From Vicinamibacterales bacterium (GTDB lineage: Bacteria; Acidobacteriota; Vicinamibacteria; Vicinamibacterales; UBA8438), in NCBI GenBank assembly GCA_965204675.1, contig OZ242003.1:4371686-4435685 (forward strand): a DNA stretch of 64,000 bases. Reading direction: 5' to 3'. Each line of letters begins with the position of its first letter. The first letter of the stretch is position 1. Shown here in pieces: positions 30,025-39,441 of the stretch. The notes under the pieces were generated by a model. That model saw only the letters and a program-made list of their open reading frames with translations. It was not told the DNA's origin and ran no database searches. The position numbers and the translations under genes were made by a program.

Positions 30025-30257
30025 CTACGGCGCAGACTCCTGGCCTGTCAATCGTTGCCGAACGCGACCGCAAGGTCGCGCCGCGGCCTCCGCTTGCCGC
30101 CCAACCAACTCTGCCAGGGGCCTGCGCCGCTTCCGCTACGCAGACTCCCCGAGCCCGTCAATCGGCGCCGAACGCGACCGCAGGATCGCATCACGGCCTC
30201 CGATTGCGGCCCGACCGACCCTCCGCTAGTCTGCCCCGTCCTACGACGCGGACTGCT
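30025..30257 (+). repeat. REP-like family B, ~2.2 tandem units of ~108 bp between coxS and coxL
   Basis: Units start at ~30025, 30133 and 30241; shared CGCAGACTCC...GTCAATCG..GCCGAACGCGACCGCA...GGCCTCCG.TTG. Confidence 0.8.
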
Positions 30258-30726
30258 CGCGCAGCTTCGCGGCCGCGTGCTCGATCGACTTGACGATGTT
30301 CACGTAGCCGGTGCAGCGGCACAGGTTCCCGGAGATCGCCTGCCGGATGTCCGCTTCGCTCGGATCGGCGTTCCGTTCGAGGAGGGCACGCCCGGTCATC
30401 AGCATGCCCGGGGTGCAGAAGCCGCACTGCAGCCCGTGCTCCTGCTGGAACCCTTCCTGCAGCGGATGGAGCTTGCCGTCCTGCTCCAGGCCCTCCACCG
30501 TCGTCACTTCCCCGCTGTCCGCCTGCACGGCGAGCACCGTGCACGACTTGACGGGCTCGCCGTCGAGCAGCACCGTGCACGCGCCGCAGTGGGTGGTGTC
30601 GCACCCGATATGGGTCCCGGTCAGGCGCAGCACGTCGCGCAGCCAGTGCACGAGCAGCAGGCGCGACTCGACCTTGGCCTCCCGCGGCTCGCCGTTCACG
30701 GTGATCCGGACGTCGTGTGTCGCCAT
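30241..30726 (-). CDS. coxS: CO dehydrogenase small (2Fe-2S) subunit
   Basis: [12 protein letters not shown]...KSC and QCGFCTPG...GNLCRCTGY. Confidence 0.96.
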   Translation of the reverse strand: MATHDVRITVNGEPREAKVESRLLLVHWLRDVLRLTGTHIGCDTTHCGACTVLLDGEPVKSCTVLAVQADSGEVTTVEGLEQDGKLHPLQEGFQQEHGLQCGFCTPGMLMTGRALLERNADPSEADIRQAISGNLCRCTGYVNIVKSIEHAAAKLREQSAS

Positions 30727-30728
30727 GC

Positions 30729-31601
30729 CTACTGCCCCCCCGCCCGCTGGACGGCGCGGGTGATCGCCCGGCCCGTCAGCACGCGCGCCATGTCGCGCTT
30801 GTACTCCGCCGACCCGCGCCGGTCGGCGCTCGGCGACGTTGCGGCCGCGGCGAGCTGCGCCGCCTCGGCGACGGCCGCCGCGTCCGGCTGCCGCCCTCGG
30901 AGATACTCTTCCGCCGCGGTCGCCTTGATCGGCGTCGGTCCGGCGTTGGTCAGGCCGATGCCGATCCGCGCGACCTCGCCCTGCCCGCCGAGCGTGACCT
31001 GCGCCGCCGCGGCGGCGGTGGCGAAGTCGCCCACCTTGCGCTCGAGCTTGCCGTAGGCGCCGCCGCTGCGGGGCGGCGGGACCGGGATCCTGATCTCGGT
31101 GAGGATCTCCGCCGGCCCGAGCGCGGTGGCGAAGAGCCCGGTGAAGAAGTCCGTGACGGGGATGGTGCGCTCGCCCCCGGGACCTCGCGCCACCACCTCG
31201 GCCCCGAGCGCGAGCATCGTCGCCGGGTGGTCGTTGGCCGGGTCGCCGTGCGCGAGGTTCCCGCCCACCGTGGCGCGGTTGCGCACGAGCGGGTCGGCGA
31301 TGACCGCGGCGGTGTCGAGCAGGATGGGGTACTTCTCGCGGACGAGGTCCGAGCGTTCGAGGTCGGCCTCGCGCGTGGCCCCACCGATGCGCAGGTACCC
31401 GTCCGCCTCGGCGATGCCCGCGAGCCCCGGGATGCGCCCGATGTCCACCAGGTGCCCGGCGTCGCCGAGCCGCAGCTTGAGCAGCGGCAGGAGGCTCTGC
31501 CCGCCGGACAGCACCTTCGCCTCGTCCCCGAGACGATCGAGCAGCGCCACCGCTTCGTCGAGCGTGCCCGGTGCGTGGTAGTCGAATGCCGACGGAATCA
31601 T
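30729..31601 (-). CDS. coxM: CO dehydrogenase medium (FAD) subunit
   Basis: [41 protein letters not shown]. Confidence 0.95.
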   Translation of the reverse strand: MIPSAFDYHAPGTLDEAVALLDRLGDEAKVLSGGQSLLPLLKLRLGDAGHLVDIGRIPGLAGIAEADGYLRIGGATREADLERSDLVREKYPILLDTAAVIADPLVRNRATVGGNLAHGDPANDHPATMLALGAEVVARGPGGERTIPVTDFFTGLFATALGPAEILTEIRIPVPPPRSGGAYGKLERKVGDFATAAAAAQVTLGGQGEVARIGIGLTNAGPTPIKATAAEEYLRGRQPDAAAVAEAAQLAAAATSPSADRRGSAEYKRDMARVLTGRAITRAVQRAGGQ

Positions 31602-31790
31602 TGGAACGCTCCTTCAAGGGCAGTGATCGACATGGCGTTGCCGACTACCGGGAGACGCAGCCCGTTGCCGGCGGTTGCTGCGCCCGGGCTGCTCGACGAG
31701 TCGCGCCATTGGTTGCGCGTCCGGCACGGTGTCGCGTAACGGCCCCAGGCGTTCCGCGTGGCAAGGTGACTCCCGTCACCGTCCCTGGTC

Positions 31791-32573
31791 TCAGCCCAGA
31801 ATCAGCCACAGGATCGCGGCCGCTACGACGGCGGCCAACCAGAAGCCGGGCCGCCGCACCGCCCGGCCGAGCGCCCGCCTCCCGACCGTGCCGCCCAGCG
31901 AAACGACGTCGATCGCGTCGCCGGCCGGAGCAGCGGCGGGAGCCTGCGCGCCCGGATCCGCGGTCGGCGGGGGCGCGCCCGCCGGCTCCGCCCCCGAGCC
32001 CGGCGCCCCCGCGGCGTCCGGCGCCGGGCCCGCTGCGCCGGCGCCGGGCGCCGACGCGGCCCGCGCGTCGGAGGCGGACCGGGCGGCGACCGCGTCGTCC
32101 GCGCCCGCCCGGCCGGGCGCCGACTCCAGCGCCGCCCGCATCGCGTCGGTGAACCGCCGGAACATCTCGTCGCTGACGTCCTGGATCATGCCGCGGCCGA
32201 ACTGCGCCAGGATGCCGGTGATGTTCACCGTCGACGCCACCGTCACCTCGGTCTCGGCGGGGCCGCGCGCGACGACCCGGCTCGTCATGCGCATGTCCGC
32301 GCCGCCCTTGCCGCGGACGTCCTGGCCGGCCGCGACGATCTCGGCCACGCCCTCCGCCTCGTCCAGCCTTTCGAAACGAACCGTCCCCTTGTAGCGGGCC
32401 GACACCGGCCCCACCTTGACCGCGATGGTGCCGGCGTGGGTGCGTTCGTCGACCTGCTCCGTGATGGCGGCGCCGGGCAGGCAGCCCGCCACCCGGGCCG
32501 GATCGGTGAGGAACGCCCACACCTCCCCACGGGCGGCGTCGATGACGAACTGCTTCTCTACAGGAATGCCCAT
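31791..32573 (-). CDS. coxG: CoxG (SRPBCC) accessory protein with C-terminal membrane anchor
   Basis: VW..LTDP..VA.CLPGA, VKVGPV, GILAQFGRGMIQDVS; Ala/Pro linker; C-terminal hydrophobic helix. Confidence 0.88.
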   Translation of the reverse strand: MGIPVEKQFVIDAARGEVWAFLTDPARVAGCLPGAAITEQVDERTHAGTIAVKVGPVSARYKGTVRFERLDEAEGVAEIVAAGQDVRGKGGADMRMTSRVVARGPAETEVTVASTVNITGILAQFGRGMIQDVSDEMFRRFTDAMRAALESAPGRAGADDAVAARSASDARAASAPGAGAAGPAPDAAGAPGSGAEPAGAPPPTADPGAQAPAAAPAGDAIDVVSLGGTVGRRALGRAVRRPGFWLAAVVAAAILWLILG

Positions 32574-32574
32574 G

Positions 32575-33842
32575 TCAGGCTCCCGGCGGCCCGTCGCGAG
32601 TGCTTCCATGCTCCCGCGTCGGGTCCCGCCACGCTGGCGGCTCGCCGGGTTGCCGGCGCCCTCCGGGCTCGCTGCGCCGCGGGGTCCGTCCGCCGGCGGC
32701 GAGGAGCGGCAGGAGCCGCTCGAGCGATTCGAGGTCGTGCGCGGGCACGAAGTGCTCGACGAAGGGCAGGGCGGCCTTCATGCCGCGCGCCTCGGGCCGG
32801 TAGCGGGGGTCGCCGAGCAGCGGGTTCAGCCAGATCACCTTCCGCGCCCTCTCCCGGATGGCCCGCATCGCCGCCGCGAGCACCGCGGGACTGTCCGCGT
32901 CCAGCCCGTCGCTGAGCACGACGACGACGGTCCTCGTGCTCACCAGCGTCTCCAGGTGCCGCGCGACGAACTCGTCCAGGCTCGCCCCGATGCGGGTCCC
33001 GCCGGACCAGTCGGGCACACCGGCGGCCAGACGGTCCAGGGTGGGACCGATCTTCTCCGGTGTCAGCCACGGCGTCAACCGGGTCAGCGAGGTGTTGAAC
33101 GCGAAGACCTCGCAGCGCCTCGCCACGCGCTTGAGGGACAGCGCGAAGGTGAGGAGGAAACGGGTGTGCGGGTCCATCGACCCGCTGGTGTCGCACAGCA
33201 GCACGACGTCGGGCTTCTCCACCGCGCGGTCGCGCCGCGCCGGCGCGAGGAGCTCGCCGCCGGTGCCGACGGCGCGGCGGAAGCTGCGCCTCAGATCCGG
33301 CCGACCCCCCGCCCGGACCGGGACGAGGCGCCGGCCCGGGCGGCATCTCCACCGGCGCACCGCCCGCGCGAGCAGCCGCTCCATGGCGGGCAGGTCGTCC
33401 GCGCGCCAGTCGTCGAACGGCTTGCGGCGCAGGAGCACGTCGGCGGACCGGCCCGGCCGGTCGCCGACCGGCGCTTCGCGTTCTCGTGCGTCGGCGACGG
33501 CGCAATGGCCTCTATCCACCGCCATCCGGGGACCGTGCCCCGCCGGCCGGCACGCGGCGGGGCCGGGCGGATCGCTGCCCGGGCCGGCGGTTCCGGCGGT
33601 CCGGCGGGGCCGCTCCCGGCCGCCCAGAAGTCGCGGAACAGCTCGTCGAACGCGTCCCAGTCGGACCGCCGGACCTTCAGCGCGGTGCGCAGCGCGAATC
33701 GGACCTCGTCGCGGTCGCCCGGATCCACCAGCAGGAGGGCGGCCGCGCCGTCGATCTCGTCGCTCACGCACACGTCGACGCTCCGCTCCCGGAGCCGCCC
33801 CGCGAATCGGGCCAGCCGTTCCACGACGTCACGATCACGCAT
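32575..33842 (-). pseudogene. coxE: CoxE (VWA domain) interrupted by a 1-nt frameshift near 33515
   Basis: N-terminal half (RFAGRLR...FDELFRDFW) is in ORF 33291..33842; the VWA half (CDTSGSM, WSGGTRIG, LSDGLD, WLNPL) is in another frame. Span 1268 nt = 3n+2. Confidence 0.8.
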
Positions 33843-34734
33843 CGGCCGGACCGCCCGATCGCACGCCGGCGAGCAGGGCGTCGACGCCTTGCGCGGTCAG
33901 CTCCCGCACGTCGTGGTGGTCCTTCAGGACGCACCCCAGCGTCTCCTCGACCGCGTCGGCGTCGAGGCGATCGAGCCGCAGCGCCATCAGCGCGCGGGTC
34001 CAGTCGAGCGTCTCGGCGACGCCGGGGGCCTTGTGGAGCCGCCGCCCGCGGAACCCCTGCATGACCGACGCGATCTCCCGGGCCAGCCCGTCCACGACCT
34101 CCGGCACCCGGGCGCGGATGATGCGCACCTCCTTCTCGAAGGAAGGGTGCTCGACGTAGAGGTAGAAGCATCGGCGGCGCAGCGCGTCGCCGATCTCGCG
34201 CGTGCGGTTCGAGGTCAGCACGACGTAGGGGACGTGCGAGGCGGTGACGGGGCCGAGCTCGGGAATCGTCACCTGGAAGTCGGAGAGGACCTCCAGCAGG
34301 AACGCCTCGAAGCCGTCGTCGGCCCGGTCGATCTCGTCGATCAGCAGCACCGGCGGGCCGCCGCGGCGGGTGATGGCGCGCAGCAGGGGGCGCTCGAGCA
34401 GGCAGTCGCGGCTGAAGATCATCTGCTCGACCTCCGTCGGCTCGCGGCCCTCGGTGCCCGCGATGCGGAGGCGCAGCAGTTGCCGCTGATAGTTCCACTC
34501 GTAGAGGGCGGTGTTGACGTCGATGCCCTCGTAGCACTGCAGCCTGATCAGCTCGGTGTCGAGCATCCGGGCCAGCACCTTGGCGATCTCGGTCTTGCCG
34601 ACCCCGGCGTCGCCCTCGATGAGCAGCGGCTTGCGCATGGCGCGGGCGAGGAAGACGGCGGTGGCGATGGCCGGCTCGGCGATGTAGCCCTCCCGCTCCA
34701 TCGCCGCCTGCGTCTCGCGCACCTCCGGCCGCAC
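33835..34734 (-). CDS. coxD: MoxR-family AAA+ ATPase CoxD
   Basis: EGDAGVGKT, RLQCYEG, LYEWNY, LLIDEIDR, ALRRRC, KAPGVAETLDW. Confidence 0.92.
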   Translation of the reverse strand: MRPEVRETQAAMEREGYIAEPAIATAVFLARAMRKPLLIEGDAGVGKTEIAKVLARMLDTELIRLQCYEGIDVNTALYEWNYQRQLLRLRIAGTEGREPTEVEQMIFSRDCLLERPLLRAITRRGGPPVLLIDEIDRADDGFEAFLLEVLSDFQVTIPELGPVTASHVPYVVLTSNRTREIGDALRRRCFYLYVEHPSFEKEVRIIRARVPEVVDGLAREIASVMQGFRGRRLHKAPGVAETLDWTRALMALRLDRLDADAVEETLGCVLKDHHDVRELTAQGVDALLAGVRSGGPADA

Positions 34735-34735
34735 G

Positions 34736-35959
34736 CTACGCCTCCGCTCCCGCCGTCGCGGCGTACTTCCCGGGCTCGGCCACGAACTGCGCGCGGCAGC
34801 GCGCACAGCAGAAGTACCAGGTCGTTCCCCCAACCTCGGCGTGGTGGGACGCGGCCGAGGCCGACACGGTCATGCCGCACACCGGGTCGCGCCCGGTGGC
34901 GGGGGCGGCGGCAGCCGGAGCCTGCCCGGTCTCCGCGGTCGTCACCGCGGCGGGTGCCGGGGCCTGTCCGGTCTCTGGGAGCGCTACGGCGGCAGCCGGA
35001 TCCCGGCCCGTGCCCGCGACCGCCACGGCGGCAGCCGGGTCCTGCCGGGCCTCCGCGGTCGTCACGGCGGCGCCCGGGTCCAGCCCGGTCTCCGCGGTGG
35101 CGGCGGGAGCCGGATCCTGCTCCGTCTCCCCCACCGTCGCCGCGGGAGCCCGATCCCGGGCGGGGCGGCGGGCGCGCCCCCGCCGGGTGATCTCGGCGAG
35201 GATGCTCAGGGCGATCTCCTCGGGGGTCTCGGCCCCGATGTCGAGACCGGCGGGATTGGCGATCCGGTCGAGCTGCTCCCGCGCGGCGCCGCCCGCGGCG
35301 AGGGTCTCCCGTATCTGTCCGAACCGCTTGCGGCTCGCCACCACACCGAGGTAGGCCGGCTCCAGGCGGACGGCGGCCAGCGCGGCCTCCTCGTCCCGCT
35401 GGCCGAGCGTCGCGACGACGGCGAAGCAGCGCGCCGCGTCGCGTTCCGAGCCCGGAGGCTCGACCGACGCATCGTCCGTCACCACGCGGCCCGCGTCGGG
35501 GAACAGCGATTCGCTGGCCTCCGGGTCGACCGCCTCCACCCGGTAGCCGAGCACGGCCGCGAGGCGCGCCAGCGCCCGCGCCGTCGGCGTCACCCCGAAG
35601 ACGAGCAGCCGCCGCGCCGGCAGCAGCGGCTCGATGTAGATCTCCACGCTCCCCCCGCTGTGGCAGGCCATCGGAAACACCGTCAGCCCGGCTCGCGCCC
35701 CCGACGCCGAATCGGGGTCGCGGACGATGCCGATCAGCCGCGGCGCCTCGTCGGCGAGGGCCGCGAGGGCTTCGCGGATCACGGTCGGCCGCGTGCAGCT
35801 TCCGCCCAGCCAGCCCTGGAACTTCCCGTCCGCGGTCACGACGGCGGCGTCGCCGACCCGGGCCGAACTCGGCGGCTCGCGGCGGACCACCGTGGCCAGC
35901 GCGAACGCCTCGCCGCGGCCGGCGAGATCGGATGCGAGCCGCAGGATGTCGGTGCGCAT
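34736..35959 (-). CDS. XdhC/CoxF family protein with repeat linker and C-terminal YHS domain
   Basis: GWLGGSC, ACHSGG, YLGVVASRKR, PAGLDIGAETPEEIALSI; C-terminal DPVCGMTV...YFCCARC. Confidence 0.88.
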   Translation of the reverse strand: MRTDILRLASDLAGRGEAFALATVVRREPPSSARVGDAAVVTADGKFQGWLGGSCTRPTVIREALAALADEAPRLIGIVRDPDSASGARAGLTVFPMACHSGGSVEIYIEPLLPARRLLVFGVTPTARALARLAAVLGYRVEAVDPEASESLFPDAGRVVTDDASVEPPGSERDAARCFAVVATLGQRDEEAALAAVRLEPAYLGVVASRKRFGQIRETLAAGGAAREQLDRIANPAGLDIGAETPEEIALSILAEITRRGRARRPARDRAPAATVGETEQDPAPAATAETGLDPGAAVTTAEARQDPAAAVAVAGTGRDPAAAVALPETGQAPAPAAVTTAETGQAPAAAAPATGRDPVCGMTVSASAASHHAEVGGTTWYFCCARCRAQFVAEPGKYAATAGAEA

Positions 35960-35964
35960 CGGTT

Positions 35965-36651
35965 TCACCCCGTGACGGTCCCGGCGTCGACCGCGCCGGC
36001 GCGGTCGCCTGCGCCATCCGCGGCCGCACCGCTTCCCGGGTCCCCGAGTCCCAGCTCGGCCCTGATCCGCTCGTAGTCCTCTGGAACGTCGACGTCCTGG
36101 AGCGCGGCCTCCGGCCAGGAGACCGCGATCGCCTCGTCGCGATGCCGCCGCACGACCTGGCGCCCGCACCCCGATCCACTCATCTGCCGCAGCTCGGGGA
36201 ACAACGCGCGGCCGTACAGCATCGGCGGCGCGTTGACCTCCCCGTAGGCGGAGATGACGAGCGGGGCGGTGCTCTCCCGGTAGCGTGCGACGAGGGTCGC
36301 GACCATGCGGCTCGTGACGAACGGCATGTCCGCCAGCATCACCACCGCCGCCCGCGCGCGCTCGGGAACGTGCGAGATGCCGGTCCGCAGCGACCGGTTG
36401 ACCCCCAGCGCGTGGTCGGGGTTGTCGACCGGCGTGCACGGCAGCCCCGCGAGCTCGGCCCGGACGCGCTCGGCCTCGTGGCCCACGACGACGAGGACCG
36501 GGTCGAGGCCGGCGTCGAGCGCGCGGCGGACGACCCGCCTGAGCAGCGTCTCGCCGTCGAGCTCGAAGAACAGCTTGTTGCGCCCCATGCGGGTCGAGCT
36601 GCCGGCGGCGAGCACGACGCCGGCCACCGCGCCGCTCCGTTCAGCCGGCAT
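35965..36651 (-). CDS. mocA: molybdenum cofactor cytidylyltransferase
   Basis: VLAAGSSTRMGRNK, LADMP, QDVDVPEDY; cox context. Confidence 0.85.
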   Translation of the reverse strand: MPAERSGAVAGVVLAAGSSTRMGRNKLFFELDGETLLRRVVRRALDAGLDPVLVVVGHEAERVRAELAGLPCTPVDNPDHALGVNRSLRTGISHVPERARAAVVMLADMPFVTSRMVATLVARYRESTAPLVISAYGEVNAPPMLYGRALFPELRQMSGSGCGRQVVRRHRDEAIAVSWPEAALQDVDVPEDYERIRAELGLGDPGSGAAADGAGDRAGAVDAGTVTG

Positions 36652-37726
36652 GGATGACTCCTTCCTGCTCGCGCAGGTGGCGCGGCACGCTCGACGCGCG
36701 GACGGCCAGCAGCTCGGCGAGGATGCTCACCGCCACCTGCTCCGGCCCGTCCGCACCGAGATGGAGACCGACCGGCGCGAAGAGCAGGCGGGTCGCCGTC
36801 GCGCCGATCTGGTGGAGGATCTCGTCTCTCCGATCGCAAGGGCCCAGCAGGCCGACGTAGGGAACGTCGGTCGCGAGCAGGCGCCGGACCCACTCGCGGT
36901 CGTGCGCGAAGGAATGCGTCATCACCACCGGATAGGCGCGCGGGCCGAGCGGCAGCCCCTCGAGGCCGTCGTCGGGCCTGCGGTCGACGAGCTCCGCGTC
37001 GGGAAAGCGCTCGCGGGACAGGTGGGCGGGACGGTGATCGACGACCGTCACGCGGAAGCCGACCTGCGACGCGAAGGCCGACAGGGGCATCGCATCGTCC
37101 CCGGCGCCGCAGATGACGAGCCGCGGCGGCGGGACGTGCACCTCGGTGAACACGCCGGCCGACTCGAGGTCGTGGCACTTCGACTCGCCGGCGGCGAGCA
37201 GCGCCTCCGCGCGCCGGGCCATCTCGCGATCGAGGCCGCGCTCCGCCGTCGAGCCGGCCGGCGGGCGGTCGGGCGTCACCAGCATCCGACCCAGGACCGC
37301 GGCGGGACCGCGGACGACCGTGGAGACGGCGAACGGCACGTCGCCCGCGAGCAGCGAGCGCAGGCGCCGCGCCGCGTCCAGCGCGTCCTCCGACGTGGCC
37401 GGCTGCACGAAGACGTCGACCGCCCCGTTGCAGCCGAGGCCGAGCCCCCACACCGTGCTGTCGTCGTCGCCGGTCTCGTAATGCCGGAGCCGGGGCACGC
37501 CGTCGCGCATCACGGCCAGCGCGACCTCTCGCACGTCCGCCTCCAGGCACCCGCCGCTCACGCCCCCGCGCGTCGCACCGTCCTCTTCCACGAGCAGCTT
37601 GGCGCCGGGACGCCGGTACGCGGAGCCCTCGATCCGCACGACCGTCGCCAGCGCCGCGCGCCGGCCCGCTGCCGCCAACTCGCCGATGCGGCCCACGATC
37701 TGCGCCGTTTCCTGCCAGTGCTTCAT
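36641..37726 (-). CDS. XdhC/CoxI family Moco-insertion chaperone
   Basis: GSAYRRPGAK, GGVSGGCLE, GLGCNG, GAGDDA, MTHS, YVGLLGP. Confidence 0.88.
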   Translation of the reverse strand: MKHWQETAQIVGRIGELAAAGRRAALATVVRIEGSAYRRPGAKLLVEEDGATRGGVSGGCLEADVREVALAVMRDGVPRLRHYETGDDDSTVWGLGLGCNGAVDVFVQPATSEDALDAARRLRSLLAGDVPFAVSTVVRGPAAVLGRMLVTPDRPPAGSTAERGLDREMARRAEALLAAGESKCHDLESAGVFTEVHVPPPRLVICGAGDDAMPLSAFASQVGFRVTVVDHRPAHLSRERFPDAELVDRRPDDGLEGLPLGPRAYPVVMTHSFAHDREWVRRLLATDVPYVGLLGPCDRRDEILHQIGATATRLLFAPVGLHLGADGPEQVAVSILAELLAVRASSVPRHLREQEGVIHAG

Positions 37727-38074
37727 GGGGTCGGTCGCACCCAGGGCGACCCGCCCCGATTCTACATCGCCCCCCCACGACGCGACGGTGCCGATGGTTC
37801 CCGGCCGATCTCGTGCACGACAACACCTCCCGGTTCGCCCATTGGTGCATGAACTCGTGCGGCGCCGGCCCGCGCAGGAGGGCGGTGCGATACGGCAATG
37901 GATGATCCCCTGCAACCTGCCCGAACCGTGGATTGACAACCCGAGGCCGGTGACGGCGTTCGTCACGCGAAAGTACCGGCCGTAGTACGTGTAGTGCTCA
38001 TTGTCGTCTCGCGTGGGAAGGTTCGAGACGTAGACGATCGGAGATGTGGAGCCCGGGCGAGACGAATCCGAAGC

Positions 38075-39415
38075 TCAGGACGGCGCCGCGACCGCGGCCC
38101 CCGTCACTCGAGCCGAGAGCTGCTGCAGCCCGGGACTGACCGCGACGGGATACGCGGCCGGGTCCAGTCGTGCGCGCGCCGCGGCCGGCAACGCCCGCAC
38201 CGCCGCCCGGCACGCCGCCTGCAGCTCCGCCATGCGCGAGCCCGCCGCGATGCGCTCGCCCCGACGCATGACCGGCCTCAGCAACGGGCGTCCAACCGCG
38301 GCCTCGTCGGGCCGGCCGATCACGTCGCCGGCCGCCGCGTCGGGCGGGCCGGTCCGCCAGATCTGCTTCGCGCCGGGCAGGTTGGTCTTGCCGGGGCTGT
38401 GCTTCGTCAGCGGCGTCATCGCCCCGTCCCGCTCGATCTCGACCAGCTTGTAGACGCCGCTGAGGGAAGGGGCGTCCCACGAGGTGCTCACCGCGGTGCC
38501 GACGCCGAACCCGTCTATCGGCGCCCCCGACCCCACGAGCTCCGCGATGCGGTGCTCGTCGAGGTCGCCGCTGGCGAGAATCTGCGTCGCCGCGCACCCG
38601 CCGGCGTCCAGGGTCGCGCGGACGGCCCGGCTGAGGGCGCCGAGGTCGCCGCTGTCGAGCCTGACCGCGCCGGGCCGCAGGCCCGCCTCGACGATGTAGC
38701 GCGCGGCCGCCAGCGGATCGTAGGTGTCGATGAGCAGGGTCGATCGCGGGCCGTGCAGGTCCACGAAGCGCCGGAACGCGGTCGGCTCGTCGGGCTGCGC
38801 GAGGACCCACGAATGCGCCATGGTCCCCGCCACCGCCAGGCCGAAGCGGCGGCCCGCGTCCAGGTTCGACGTGGCCTGGAAGCCGGCCAGGCACGCGGCG
38901 CGGGCGGCGAGCATCGCGGCCTCGGCACCGTGGGCGCGCCGGCCGCCGAACTCGATCACCGCCCTGCCCTCGGCCGCCTCCACCACGCGCGCCGCCTTGC
39001 TGGCGATCATGGTCTGGAACAGGACCGTGGACAGCAGCGCCGTCTCCACGAGCTGGGCCTCCGCCAGCGGCGCGGTGACCCGCACGAGCGGCTCGCCGGC
39101 GAACACCGGGACCCCCTCGTCGATCGCCCAGACGTCTCCGGTGAACCGCAGCCGGGAGAGGTACTCGTCGAAGAACGCCGGCCCGGCCCCGGCGAGGGCG
39201 GGGACCGTGCGCAGGTAGGCCACGTCGTCGGGGGTGAACCGCCACGACCCGAGGTAGTCGAGCGCCTGCTCGAGGCCCGCCGCCACGAGGTATCCGCGCG
39301 TCGGCGGCAGCGCGCGGACGAAGAGCTCGAACGACGCCCGGGGCATCCGGCCGGCCGCGTGGTAGCCGGCCGCCATCGTCAGCTCGTACAGGTCGGTGGA
39401 CAGCCCTCCCGGCAT
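38075..39415 (-). CDS. pncB: nicotinate phosphoribosyltransferase
   Basis: TDLYELTM, EFGGRRAH, GTMAHSW, LIDTYD, VRLDSGD, ASGDLDE, GFGVGT, VYKL. Confidence 0.94.
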   Translation of the reverse strand: MPGGLSTDLYELTMAAGYHAAGRMPRASFELFVRALPPTRGYLVAAGLEQALDYLGSWRFTPDDVAYLRTVPALAGAGPAFFDEYLSRLRFTGDVWAIDEGVPVFAGEPLVRVTAPLAEAQLVETALLSTVLFQTMIASKAARVVEAAEGRAVIEFGGRRAHGAEAAMLAARAACLAGFQATSNLDAGRRFGLAVAGTMAHSWVLAQPDEPTAFRRFVDLHGPRSTLLIDTYDPLAAARYIVEAGLRPGAVRLDSGDLGALSRAVRATLDAGGCAATQILASGDLDEHRIAELVGSGAPIDGFGVGTAVSTSWDAPSLSGVYKLVEIERDGAMTPLTKHSPGKTNLPGAKQIWRTGPPDAAAGDVIGRPDEAAVGRPLLRPVMRRGERIAAGSRMAELQAACRAAVRALPAAARARLDPAAYPVAVSPGLQQLSARVTGAAVAAPS

Positions 39416-39441
39416 CGCGAAATGCTAATGTATCACTCGCC

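Noticed and set aside
27714-30293. Long antisense ORFs opposite coxL, the cytochromes, pyrG etc.
   Set aside because: Expected from high GC3 codon bias; no recognisable motifs.
37727-38074. Moco riboswitch upstream of xdhC/mocA
   Set aside because: No recognisable consensus, and a -10 box lies only about 32 nt before the start, leaving no room for it.
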